A stretch of 64,000 nt of DNA from IMG/VR virus record IMGVR_UViG_3300032270_001615, positions 22,852 through 86,851 of that record; one strand, given 5' to 3'. The notes below the pieces were generated by a model that had not been told where the DNA came from, searched no databases, and saw nothing but the letters and a program-made list of their open reading frames with translations. A program made the translations under genes and the position numbers. Shown here piece by piece: positions 46,401 to 56,500 of this stretch. This DNA comes from a virus (Duplodnaviria; Caudoviricetes). The stretch's first letter is position 1, and every line of letters starts with the position of its first letter.

Positions 46401-49400
46401 ACAACGGTCTGTTTTACGCTCTTAACTCTTTCAAGTTCTTCGTCTATCATGGCGACAAGGTTTTGCGTGTTCTTTTCAGCGTTTCCTGGTTCATTGTCTG
46501 GGTGGTCAAAGATGGTATTTGCTTTTCCTGATCTGTGGTATTTAAGGAGTGCTTCGTATGGGGTTGTTGTCTCATCTTCTATTAATTCATCAGGAGAGAC
46601 ATCTTTCCATTTACCGCTCGCGATTTGTCTTTCAACCCACTTTCTTGTCATGCTTGGGTTAAATGGTTCGACTTCGTCTAATGGGAAATGTTCTGAATCT
46701 ATTACTGCATCAATCCCAGAATTTGAAAGTCTGTCGCGAGTCTTAGCAGCAGAAATGATCGAAGTTAGGTTTAGGCTTGATTCTGGATTAAGTCCTGTCA
46801 TGTTCATGGTTCCGAAATTTCCATCTTCACGCATGGAGAATGGGTCGGAAATGATCGCTTCAATATCTTGTGGTTCAAAAGAACCAAGAACCATAGCTTC
46901 GGAGTATGGGGTCCCTGTGTTGAGAGAAGGAGAAGCTACTCCCGTGCTGTCTCCAGTTCTGTCTTGATACAGAACGGAAAGCGGATGGAAGTACTGTGAT
47001 TGCAGTTCTTGTCCGCCCATGGTCGAAAGACGCATGGCTGGCGAATATGTTCCTTGATCACTTATGCTGTCGCCCCTAAAGACGAGTGAGCGCTGAGAAA
47101 CTTCTGGTTTTAGGACTATGGTCGAGTTGCCGTAAGCCTTAAGTCCTGCTCGGTTGTTAAACCCACCATTGTCTCTGATTTGTCTTGCATCACTGCCAAG
47201 GGAGTAATCGTGCTGTATTTCTACATCCTCGCCATAGATGTCTTTGAGTTTTTGTCTTCTTCCCTGAATTGTTGACACTCCGCTTACATAACCAGATGCT
47301 GGTCGCATGCGCATAGTTGCTTCACTTTGGTCTTCCGCATCTATCCCCAAGAATGTTTGCTCGTGTCCACGCCGTATTCTCGCAACTGAATCCGGATCAA
47401 AATTTCCGGCTCTTTCGCTAACCGACCTAGAACCAGTTCTTGCCATTGAGTCTCGGTCGTGAACAGTGTGATATCTGCCCTCGTTGATTACAGCAAGTGG
47501 ATCCGACACCGCAACTGAGACTCTGTCGTCAAATTGGGAATCCATTCGTCTTGCTGCTTCGTTAACAGCTGCATAGAGCTCTTCTGGGTCCATGGCGCTT
47601 ATTTCGTCTATGAAGTTGTCGATCTCGGCGACTCTTTCGTTATCGCCTCTACCTATTGCCATCTCTCTAGCAAAATACAGTCTTGCTCCAAAAGAATTTC
47701 TGTCTTGTGGCGATCCGAATTTAAGAAAGGCATCAAACTCTGAGCCCCCATCGGCAGCAAACTGTCTCAATAATTCAGACCGTTTGTCAAAAGAAAATCC
47801 TGTTCTCTTTTCAAATGCAGATTTTTCTTCATCTGTTGATGGAGCATTAAAATCTCCAAGCCAATCTGCTGCGTCCATCGTGCTTCCAGATGAAAACCTT
47901 ATTATTTTTTCACCGTTTGCTTTTTCATATGAATCTATTTCTATGCCCATTGATTTAGCTTCAGCAAGTATTGACTCGGTTCTGCTTTGTGGCACGTTTC
48001 CGCGTATTTCTCCTACGGACCTACCAACGCTTTCCTGCTTTACGGTTTCAACAGGTGGTTGGAATGATGAATCCATGCGGTCTGCTTCTTGCTTGGCGTT
48101 CATGAAAATCTCGGAAGTGCTCGAACCTCTTGGCGAATTAGAGATAGCCCTGGTAAGTCTTTCTAGTTTTTCGATGTCCCTAGGGGGCATTGCTCCGTCT
48201 GCTGATATCTTTTCGAGGGTTTGGTCGAGCACATCCGGACCTGACCCATCTGATGCTTCATCGGACAATACCGCTAAAGCTGCATGGGGCTCGTCGTTCT
48301 TTATAAATTCGTTAGCTTTTTCTAGTTCAACAACAGCACCAATTTCTTCTTCATTCATATTTCTGTTTTTTACAAATATGGAAAGCGAACGTTTTTTTAC
48401 ATCTGAAACTTTTGCTGGTTTTTCTTTTGATCTTCGTGAATTGAAGCCAGCAAGAATAGATCTTTCTAAAGATGAGTTTGTTCCTATCATCCGGTATACG
48501 GCAGCCTTCATTGCGTCATTAACCAACCATTTTTGTTCTGTAACTACAGCCGTAAACCCTTCTGCCCAAGCTTCCTGGGAACCACCATGTGCTCCGTATC
48601 GAGTTAGAACAATTGGTACGTCCGACGACCTCGCGTAGCTTTGCACGTTGTCAAAACCCTGTTCAAAAACTTTTTCAGCGATCGCAGCTGCATTTTTTCG
48701 CGTTACTTCTATCTCTTCCCTAAATGCCAGCCAGTGCAATTCTTCAAGCTGTTTAAATCTGAACCTGCTGAAAGTTCCATTTTTATTTTCATGTTGGGAA
48801 ACAACTGTTTTTAATGTTTCCTCATCTACTCCAGCATCGATAAAGTTTCTTACATCCGATTCGTCTCCGTCTTCCGCAAAATTTGCGGAAAAGCTAAGCC
48901 AATGACCGTATTCATGTATTGCTATACCGGAGAATAACGCACCGTTGTCAGTCAGTCCATCAGCAACTAGATTTCTGAAACCGTTTCTTTCGTCACCGCT
49001 TGTTTTGAATAAACCGAAAAGACCTTTCCCATACCCCGATGTTCCCACTGCCCCAGGATTCATCATTATCGACCTTGTCCCAGTTCCGTAGAAACCTCCA
49101 ACACCACTGGCTGATGAACCGACTGCACTTTCAAAAAAATCTTTTGGTACAACAAATGGTGGAGATCCAAATCTTTGAACAACTCCAGCAAATTCTGGGT
49201 ACGACCTGAAAGTCGCTGCCATTTTTTTTCTAAATTTGGCAATTGATTCTGGACTAAAATCTATATTGTCAATTCCACCCCACTCTTTTTTAATTCTTTT
49301 TTCAATTATATTTAATTGTTTTCTGTTTGGCTTTCTCGTTTTAAATCTGGACATTGACATCAACGCGATAAGAGATTCCTTGTTATCTGGAACTACCAAT

Positions 49401-51907
49401 TCAGCCATCTCTTCAGGGTTTTTACCATATAGCCAGCCAGGTGATCCGGCATTCAATCCTTTTTTGGATTTTTCCAATATTTTTCGTATTCGCCTACTAG
49501 ACATTCCGCGGATATCCTCAGCCGAGTCTTCTGCTTCTTTGGCCAGCTTCCTTGCGGATTTTCCTGCAGCAATTTCTGCCTCTTTTATGTCGATTGCTCT
49601 TAACGATCTAGTGACTGCAGCATCTGTTGCGTTTACCAAACCAAATTGACGAGCACCCCTAAGTTCTGAGATCAATTCTGCTACAACCGCTTGTTGCTGA
49701 ACTTTCCAATCCTTCATGAACTGGGTGGCTTCTTTGTCTGTGCCGGCAATAAGCGATTCTGAACGATCAATCCACATGTCAACGTCTCTGTCTGGTATCA
49801 AGCCAGATGAGTAGAGTGAATCAAGCACTCTTTGCATTTCGTCAACGCCACCCTTGTTGAATGCATCTGACAGTTGACTAAATATCTTAAGTTCCCTCAT
49901 GTAGTCAAGCGGCATCTTTCCGCCTAGACCATTCTCGGAAATAAGGTTCATTACATCTCTAGTGGCTTGATTCTCAAATAGTTCAAGAATGTCTGGGAGC
50001 AGACCGCTTACTTCGCCTCCGAAGAGCACGTCATAAAGAGCTTCTTCAACGTTCTCAAATTCCCCATCAACTGCAGTGTTGTTTATGACATCCATTGCAA
50101 TATCGAATGTCAGGTGATGGCCAACCTCGTGGGACACCGCGTACATGGATTGTGCTCTTTCGCCACCAAACTCGTCGACAAGTTCACCCCAGTACCCAGC
50201 TCCTGATTTTGTTTTATCGTACTTATAATTAAAGAGTTTGTTTATTGCCAGTCTTCGCGCATCGGAGTCTGCAGCATTTGCTATTTCGTCCAATATTGCA
50301 GATTCCATTGCATCTGCGGAGTCGTCTGCTGGCTCAAAAAGTCTGTACTCGCCGTCGGCTATTAGTGGTCTTCCATAACCCCTGCCTTGTCGCATGAGTA
50401 GCATTGGGTTCCAGTACATAACAAAGTTGCCAGCCTCATCAACCCAGGCTTTTGCTTCGACTTCTGAAAAGTCCGACTCATTGCTATCTGGGTTGAGGGC
50501 GATTATCTGTGAGAATTTAGAAAAAAGTTCAGGACTTGTATTTGCCATATCAAGCATTCCGTAAAGAAATCCTTGCTCTTTGGCTATATACCCAGCTAGC
50601 GCCCGATTGAACAATCCGCTGTCTCCAACAAAAGTTGATCCAGTGTTCGCCTGAAAGTTCAAAGCATATTCGATCATTTTTGTCTTGCGGCTGAGTTGAT
50701 CTTTTGTCAGATCCTTGAATACCGGGGATCCGTCTGGTCCAATTACTGTTTCTCCAAACAGCTGATCCCAAATATGTCCGGCAACAGCACGCATGTGCGT
50801 GTCAATCGCTTCTTCAAGGTCCGCTGGAGTTATCCCTGCCCGACTGCCTGTTCCAGTCCAAAGTATTCCACTTAGATCAAGATCAGGATTTGCATCTTGC
50901 AGAGCGAGGATTGCTGATTTCGCTACCTTGAGTGGATCGTTGTCAAACGTAATACCGTTTGGACTTCTGGTCATTTCTGTGAAATTGGGATCAGATTTTC
51001 TTATCTGCTCAATTGCAGAATTCTCTATTCTTGCAACTTCTTCTAGAATCGCTCTTCTTCTTGCAGCTATCTCTACGATGTTTTGGGCTTGTTCTTCTGG
51101 AAGGTCCAATTCTCTTACAGCATTTTCTATAGCCTCTGGAGATGGATCCTCTGGCAGAGAGTCTTCAACAGTATTTGCGATCTGTATATCTGACAGTAGG
51201 CCAGCAGCTTTTCTAACTGCCTCCTCAATCGATCTTCTTTTGTTTTGAGGAGTTATATCGAAACAGTTCGACCCGAATCTGTCGGTAAATTGGTTTGCCG
51301 CAGGAACACCAGGTGGACACCTAAACCTGCCGGCGGCATCAACCAGAACACCAGACCTAGCTGCTGCACGAACACCCACACCTGCGAGTGGCTGTATTTC
51401 ATCTAGCGAGTCACCAAGCGACTTGACTGAAATACTTCCTGTTCTTGGGTCTGCTTTTATATCTCTGTATTTGAGGTTGATTTTTTGCTTGCCATCACCA
51501 AAATGAATTCTGGCCAGATGTTTTTTAGTTTCTTCTGGGGACAGACCGATTGGAGCGTTGACCCAACCTATGTTCGGCTTGCCTGACTGGCTTCGTAATT
51601 CCTGTGCTGTTACATACGGCTTAAAACGCATGCCAAGGATCCCTCTGCGGTTCTTGTTTATGCGCACTCCACCAACAGACCAAATTGCTTTGCCAAGTTT
51701 TTTTCTTGGTGCCTTTTTGGGTTTTGCTTTTTTTGTTTTTGGTGCAGCTTTTATGGATATATCCAAATCAAGTTGATTTGACTTGATCTGCATTTCCATT
51801 GAAGAAGTAAAGTTTTTGGCGATCTCGTTAAAATCAGGGCGAGTTTTTCTATCGTCCATCGCACGTTTAGACGTGATTGTACGTGTGCGCTTAAACCTAC
51901 CCGTCAT
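43478..51907 (-). CDS. 2809-aa giant modular protein (2 HExxH, 2 DUF3626-like, degenerate ART-like)
   Basis: RCPPG tag; HEVGH; HEYGH..EAWAEGF; two RPASGYV..YG..GDS..EA domains. Confidence 0.75.
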   Translation of the reverse strand: MTGRFKRTRTITSKRAMDDRKTRPDFNEIAKNFTSSMEMQIKSNQLDLDISIKAAPKTKKAKPKKAPRKKLGKAIWSVGGVRINKNRRGILGMRFKPYVTAQELRSQSGKPNIGWVNAPIGLSPEETKKHLARIHFGDGKQKINLKYRDIKADPRTGSISVKSLGDSLDEIQPLAGVGVRAAARSGVLVDAAGRFRCPPGVPAANQFTDRFGSNCFDITPQNKRRSIEEAVRKAAGLLSDIQIANTVEDSLPEDPSPEAIENAVRELDLPEEQAQNIVEIAARRRAILEEVARIENSAIEQIRKSDPNFTEMTRSPNGITFDNDPLKVAKSAILALQDANPDLDLSGILWTGTGSRAGITPADLEEAIDTHMRAVAGHIWDQLFGETVIGPDGSPVFKDLTKDQLSRKTKMIEYALNFQANTGSTFVGDSGLFNRALAGYIAKEQGFLYGMLDMANTSPELFSKFSQIIALNPDSNESDFSEVEAKAWVDEAGNFVMYWNPMLLMRQGRGYGRPLIADGEYRLFEPADDSADAMESAILDEIANAADSDARRLAINKLFNYKYDKTKSGAGYWGELVDEFGGERAQSMYAVSHEVGHHLTFDIAMDVINNTAVDGEFENVEEALYDVLFGGEVSGLLPDILELFENQATRDVMNLISENGLGGKMPLDYMRELKIFSQLSDAFNKGGVDEMQRVLDSLYSSGLIPDRDVDMWIDRSESLIAGTDKEATQFMKDWKVQQQAVVAELISELRGARQFGLVNATDAAVTRSLRAIDIKEAEIAAGKSARKLAKEAEDSAEDIRGMSSRRIRKILEKSKKGLNAGSPGWLYGKNPEEMAELVVPDNKESLIALMSMSRFKTRKPNRKQLNIIEKRIKKEWGGIDNIDFSPESIAKFRKKMAATFRSYPEFAGVVQRFGSPPFVVPKDFFESAVGSSASGVGGFYGTGTRSIMMNPGAVGTSGYGKGLFGLFKTSGDERNGFRNLVADGLTDNGALFSGIAIHEYGHWLSFSANFAEDGDESDVRNFIDAGVDEETLKTVVSQHENKNGTFSRFRFKQLEELHWLAFREEIEVTRKNAAAIAEKVFEQGFDNVQSYARSSDVPIVLTRYGAHGGSQEAWAEGFTAVVTEQKWLVNDAMKAAVYRMIGTNSSLERSILAGFNSRRSKEKPAKVSDVKKRSLSIFVKNRNMNEEEIGAVVELEKANEFIKNDEPHAALAVLSDEASDGSGPDVLDQTLEKISADGAMPPRDIEKLERLTRAISNSPRGSSTSEIFMNAKQEADRMDSSFQPPVETVKQESVGRSVGEIRGNVPQSRTESILAEAKSMGIEIDSYEKANGEKIIRFSSGSTMDAADWLGDFNAPSTDEEKSAFEKRTGFSFDKRSELLRQFAADGGSEFDAFLKFGSPQDRNSFGARLYFAREMAIGRGDNERVAEIDNFIDEISAMDPEELYAAVNEAARRMDSQFDDRVSVAVSDPLAVINEGRYHTVHDRDSMARTGSRSVSERAGNFDPDSVARIRRGHEQTFLGIDAEDQSEATMRMRPASGYVSGVSTIQGRRQKLKDIYGEDVEIQHDYSLGSDARQIRDNGGFNNRAGLKAYGNSTIVLKPEVSQRSLVFRGDSISDQGTYSPAMRLSTMGGQELQSQYFHPLSVLYQDRTGDSTGVASPSLNTGTPYSEAMVLGSFEPQDIEAIISDPFSMREDGNFGTMNMTGLNPESSLNLTSIISAAKTRDRLSNSGIDAVIDSEHFPLDEVEPFNPSMTRKWVERQIASGKWKDVSPDELIEDETTTPYEALLKYHRSGKANTIFDHPDNEPGNAEKNTQNLVAMIDEELERVKSVKQTVVDDVDIQKAAGFPSRRRPLRDVLGKEGFVKETRQQSINHLTSARNTLLSSLGESERAAVIEATKNISSVSIPTTTEQIETMIRNSVYKKKFGKNKDADLTDNKKEIENLINNFIIPFNNVLSRNQLGQSYRTQMNLRVSPENGITLNEGDIIDIPNHFRSDVLSSDSEIMDSAIGFSSRRFIPRDQWIEQQRAGGMQRDANGTYWRMTRSGSWIEWDEPVDDEPYYPQRRRPSVKAPDDATDLIRDARKIDNDFVRSVVGQFDDRGTLTLKQWDALRRTVERSRSKNPEMFTQADKDVLDGLPQAPEEAVPVGTDGSAKVVILAHETDKGIPDVVGDDPSIHTTAITMPPTRLKVEYIGEDGTVYVSVDEQNHVDPVEQMTELIEGVGENLNEAEKTEVAVAKTALQQHQKEKKTRIRGFSSSREKPKSTKTGFEKYQEEAASYRQADDVVSQSEIQPESDKTKRIMQSLESAGAKFAQPLSQEALDAEDQVNFGRVSIPYEKRVALHRKSTFETFDAIRAKSRGEEFFTQEDRVYGGVADSSAQSPRSDEDRQWRMKQATNRQISFNNFFAVLPQSVVDHINSRTNEELMEDLKTAALQFNAGIDRRVRVRVKSPYLRRFAESGVYKTTHDEGIRSEHSQSHDRKNAEVQFGIPSSTPDELRPASGYVLHKDSIASVEEHGRSEIAASGDSPILGEFFDWDSYSQSSEFGNRVGVYGGIEMILNDDVAHRTAITGGDSLNGWHNPSMLEETDPERILMSLAAPIHHDSSNMQAQNISLLRSMLEQNYKYTARLEHAKNDIRNIYHEAVIAGSFDASDVSEIRVSHSDMSFHNPETRSQIIDKSLIEALNLSESEMAIVAPFLETFLEKGEASQYRRDSGIMMFPMKDISDLAAHLNHTRMLRQLQEKGFKGRIMRVNRNGVDLMDASLYSGYRPGMTVEQILRGRIVEGMKKEIQKLLDSQKSKDKPLERIDF

Positions 51908-51942
51908 GGCGGGTCCTTCTTTTCAGAATGTTTTTAAAGTTG

Positions 51943-53376
51943 TTATTCTTGTTCGTCGACTTCGGCGGCAAGAAGTTCAAACTCAAGCAACGATGCGATG
52001 AAATCATCAGATTCAAGTGACTTTGATTCGCCATCTTGTCCTCCTGCGACCCATGACGTTGGAATAAGTGATTCAGCGCCAAGAGCCTGTGCGCGCTTCA
52101 TGATATGCAGTTTAGCTGCTTTCTTATCACTCGCGCGACCATATGCTTGAATTGCATTTTCCAAGTCAGCTTTTGTTGCAATTGGGAAAGAACCGTCTGG
52201 AAGAGCAGTTCCTTCTTTTGCCATTGCGTTTCTCATGTCCTCGCTGAAAGCTCTTTTAAGTGCAATCTCAGCTGCTTCTGCTTCGATATCTTCTGCTTCT
52301 TCTGGCTCGTAAACGTCGTAACCCATTACTTCGCCATCAAGCGAAACAAAAACGTCGTAAGACTTTCCATTGATGCCTTCAATTTCTACTGCGTAAGTAT
52401 CAAAACCTTCAAACACATCTGGCTCAACAGCAACCACGTTTCCTTCAATTGACTTGACAGCAATTTCTGCTGCTTCAGACATGTCGATCACCATCATGTT
52501 TTCAAAAGCAGACTTCTGTTCAAATGAGTCACTGTCTAGCTTGTGCCAGCCGAGAACTTCTGCTGTGGTTCCGTCAACGAACATCTCAACTGCTCTTCCG
52601 TCTTTAACTTGTACGTCAACAACGAACATGTCAGCGTCAGATGAGTAACCAGAGTCAATGACCTTGCCGTCGAACATGTCTTCGGCAATTCCTTCTACGT
52701 GGAGAAGTCCTGGCATTCCCTTTTCTGCCATGCAACCGCCTGGACAGTCATCGCAAACAGATGACCCACCAGGGTAAACCTTGCGATCAATTCCGCATAG
52801 GTAAGCTGTCTTACCAACTGCAGCAAGATCCATGCCCATGCTTGCGAGTCTTCTTTTGCGCATTTTTTCCATGTCTGAAGTAGGCATCATTCCTTCTTCT
52901 TCCTCTTCATCCTCTTCGGGCATTTCTTCTTCGCCCTCTTTCATGCGAAGCGCTCTTCTGGCAGCGCCCATTCCCCAGCCTTTTTCCATTTCGTCTTCTT
53001 CTACCGCCATAGGCTTTCGCGGCTTTACGATGCCCTCTTCTTCTTCTTCGTCTTCTTCGTATTCCATTTCGGAACCGTCAGTAGCGTCTCCCTTTGTGTA
53101 TCCCATCTCGTCTACAGACATCTTCTTCTTTTTCTTCTTTAATGGCTTTTGATTTTCGTCGACACCGTAGCTGTTTTCTGGCATGCCGTCGGTCAGGTTG
53201 CCCATCATCTCTTGTTCAAGCGGCGAACCCTTTATCTGCACAGGCATCGCTCCGCACTTGCCACAAACTTTTGCACCTGCTTCAAAGCCGCACTCACTAG
53301 AGCCAAGACCCTTTGCGCATTTGGTGACATTTCCGTCACTGTCAATCTTGACAACTGCTTTTTCGTCGTAACTCAT
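51943..53376 (-). CDS. acidic head-assembly / scaffold-like protein with two PepSY-like repeats
   Basis: Cys clusters, poly-E tracts, A.EIAVKSIEG.VV.VE..Y.VEI; ALPDGSFPI..DLENAIQAYGRA. Confidence 0.6.
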   Translation of the reverse strand: MSYDEKAVVKIDSDGNVTKCAKGLGSSECGFEAGAKVCGKCGAMPVQIKGSPLEQEMMGNLTDGMPENSYGVDENQKPLKKKKKKMSVDEMGYTKGDATDGSEMEYEEDEEEEEGIVKPRKPMAVEEDEMEKGWGMGAARRALRMKEGEEEMPEEDEEEEEGMMPTSDMEKMRKRRLASMGMDLAAVGKTAYLCGIDRKVYPGGSSVCDDCPGGCMAEKGMPGLLHVEGIAEDMFDGKVIDSGYSSDADMFVVDVQVKDGRAVEMFVDGTTAEVLGWHKLDSDSFEQKSAFENMMVIDMSEAAEIAVKSIEGNVVAVEPDVFEGFDTYAVEIEGINGKSYDVFVSLDGEVMGYDVYEPEEAEDIEAEAAEIALKRAFSEDMRNAMAKEGTALPDGSFPIATKADLENAIQAYGRASDKKAAKLHIMKRAQALGAESLIPTSWVAGGQDGESKSLESDDFIASLLEFELLAAEVDEQE

Positions 53377-53519
53377 TTTTATGTGGCTCCTTGTTTAATA
53401 TTGCTCGTTGTTGAGCAACATAAATTCGTGCTTGTAAAACTCTGGTTGTAAAATTATACGCCATATGGCTGTTGCCATTGGAAGTATTGATAAATAACTG
53501 AACACTGTTAACACTTAAT

Positions 53520-56500
53520 TTAATTTTTATTTCTTGATGAAACAGGTTCGGTTGTTTTGTCTATGAAGGTTGACATTGCTGCTTGCGCCATCTTGTCCAT
53601 TAGTTGTGCAAATATTTCCGCACGTGAACCACCAGTTTCCACTTGTCTGTCTACAACAGCCATTACTGCTTCAAGTATTTTGTCTGTCTCTTCTTGTGTG
53701 GTTAGCAACACTCCAGCGTTTGTTCTTCTGGATCCAGTCTTTCCTGACTCTTGACGCTTCATGATTGTTTGAAGCAGAGAAAGAGAGTCTGCGGTCTTTC
53801 TGTCCCCGGCTTTTTGAGCTTCGGTTATTTCTTTTGGCAATGAATCTTCTATTTGCTTGAACCAAGTTGCTTCTGCGTTTATTTGAGTTCTTCCTGCTTT
53901 TTCGCCATCTGCGCTTCTACTGGAAGCAAACCCTCTGGCCATCTTCTTGCGTTTTGATGAGTCAAGGTATGACTGGGCCAATTTTCTCTTTGAATCAAAA
54001 CCTTCAACTGGTGGCCTTGGAGCGTTTGATTCACCTCGTACAAGAGAGGCACCTATTGCTGATGGACCTAAATCATCTACTTCTGGGTCTTCTGATGATG
54101 CAAGTCTCGATGCGTCTACTGCGTCAAGTTCACCCCTTGATCCCCTGTCTATAAATTTGTCTTTTGCGTAGAAACCGTCAAGGGCTGCGAGTCTTCCGTC
54201 CAGTATTTCGATACCGCGTTGCACGTTTCTATCTGCCGGAGTCATGTTTCTCGTGTCCATTGTGGAGGAGTGCTTTTCAATTGCGTCCCTCATCTCCGTT
54301 ATTCCATCAAGAGTAAGGTCGTCTTCAAGCGTTATTGAAAGGGCGTCAATCAATTTCGCATGATCTTTCTTGTTGCCACGTGAATTTCGCTCGTTCAATT
54401 TCTCAATATAAGAAATTGCGTTCTGAAGGGACTCAACGTCGTTGGCTCGCATCTCTGCAGCCTCTTGTTCGGTTTTTGGAACATCCCTACTCAAGCGTTT
54501 GACGACTTTTCCAGGCTTTTCTTCCGTCTGTGGAGTCTGTCTTTCCGTGCGAGGTTTTTTAGGCAAAGATGATCTGCGTTTTTGCTTTTCTTTTGCTTCC
54601 TCAAGTGCTGTTTGTTCGTCGAAAACTCTTTGCATTTGTGCAACCCAGACCTCGCGATTCATTCCGCTATTTTCTGGTTTTAGATCAGTTGCAAGTCTTT
54701 CTTCTTTTTCGTAAGGATCTAGTGAGTCCCAGTTTTTAGGTTTTATCTCAAAGAAACTCTTACCGGTATCGGTTGTTGATCCAACTGTCCTTGAAGGCAT
54801 TCCTCTACCGGAGCCAGGACTGTGAAGAGCCTGTATTTCTTCTTCGCTAAATCCGAGATCTCGCAAACGCTTAAAACGATTTTCTTCAAGACGCTTCAAC
54901 ATCTCTTTGGCTGGAGTTGCGTCGATCTGACCTTTGTCGTCACGAACAACCATTCCTGGTCTACCTTGAGCTCCAGAAGCTATTTTTGGTGTGCGAGGAG
55001 TTGCCGGACGCTCAAACGCCGTACCCTCTTGAACTAATTTGTCACCATCTGCGTCTATCGCATCTGGATCAAATCTGCCGGTGAGTACGCGACCGGCACG
55101 CCTAGCTTTTCCCGGGCCACCGCCCCCGATTGAGCCGCCTAATGATTTAAACGCCGTGTCAATTGCATCAGTGAATCCGTCAGGAAGTCCTGAGGTGATT
55201 ACGATCCCATCCTCTGCGACATAAGTTTCAACTCTGTAGTAATCCAAGATTGGATCAATTGCCTGCTTGACGCGGAAAGCATCTTTTGTGTCCACCGGGA
55301 TTAAGTGCTCTTCGGTTTTTTCTTGCATTTCTTTTTCTGCAGATGAAAGAACTTCCTGAAGTGACTCAACGGCAGATCTAAGTTTTGAAAGATTTCTAGA
55401 GCTAAGAACTCGTCCTGCTTTGTATTCAATCTCTCCACCAAGGAGTTCATCTAGCGTCTCTAGCTCAATGTCGTCTGACTTGCGACGCTTCTTTGCTCTT
55501 CTGAAAACACCACCCAGAATGTTATCCCAGATTGCCTTTTCATCAGCACCACCCTCGACCAAGCCTGATTGTTCGCCGTCGTCAAATTCTTCTTCGTCTT
55601 CGACATCTGAGGAGTAAGCCTGTTCCGTGACGGAGGCTTTAATTCCAGGACGATTCATATCCATAGCTGGAACATACATCGTCTGCTTGATAACTCTTTC
55701 TGGTCTGGAGAACATGAATACTCGTCCGCCATCAGGTGTATGGTATCCAACCCTGAAGAACGAGCTCTCTCCGTCACTTGTCATTCTTTCAAACAAAACC
55801 ATATTGTCGGTGGCTTTGATAATCCTGACTCTTGATCCAGTCCTCTTCATCAGTTCAACAAGAAGTTTTGCTTTTCTGGAATCTTCTGCCGAAGTGGCGA
55901 CTCCCTCTGCAAACAGATTTGTGTCTTGCGCGTCATCGTCTTGATTATAGGTAGAAGGAATTCCTGCAACTATGGATGTTCTTCTCATATCCATTATCGG
56001 CATGTGATTTTTTTCTTCGCTCTTTACAGAAATTGTTCCAGTCAACTGATTTGCGCCGTGCAGAACAGGGCTAACTTCGTAAAGCTCAACTTCCTTGAGG
56101 ATATTTGCCTTCATGTTTTGATCATAAACAGCGTCAAGAGTTTTGTAGCCGATCGACCACTCTTGTTCAACACCAAAAAACGCTACGTTGGCAAATGCTT
56201 CTTTTCCTTTTTCTGATTGCAGATTAAACTGCACTCTTGCATAGAGTCCGCCAATTCCAGCAGCCTTCATTTTCTGAGGAAGACGTGGATCGCTTGCTGG
56301 AACTTCGTACATTTCAAGAACTTTGCCAATTGGCTCATTCCAGTTGTGGCCCCAAACCACTCGTGGCTTACGGCGCAGCAGACTCTTTGAGAATGCTCCA
56401 GATATAACTACGTCGCCAACAGAGTCCTTATTGCCAATTCCGGCAACGAAACACTCAACAATTCCTTCGGCTTGGTCTACGTTTATCTGACCAGCGTTAC

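Noticed and set aside
47592-48638. 348-aa plus-strand ORF and other long antisense ORFs in the giant genes
   Set aside because: Ser/Phe/Leu-rich shadow frames of the minus-strand genes with no motifs.
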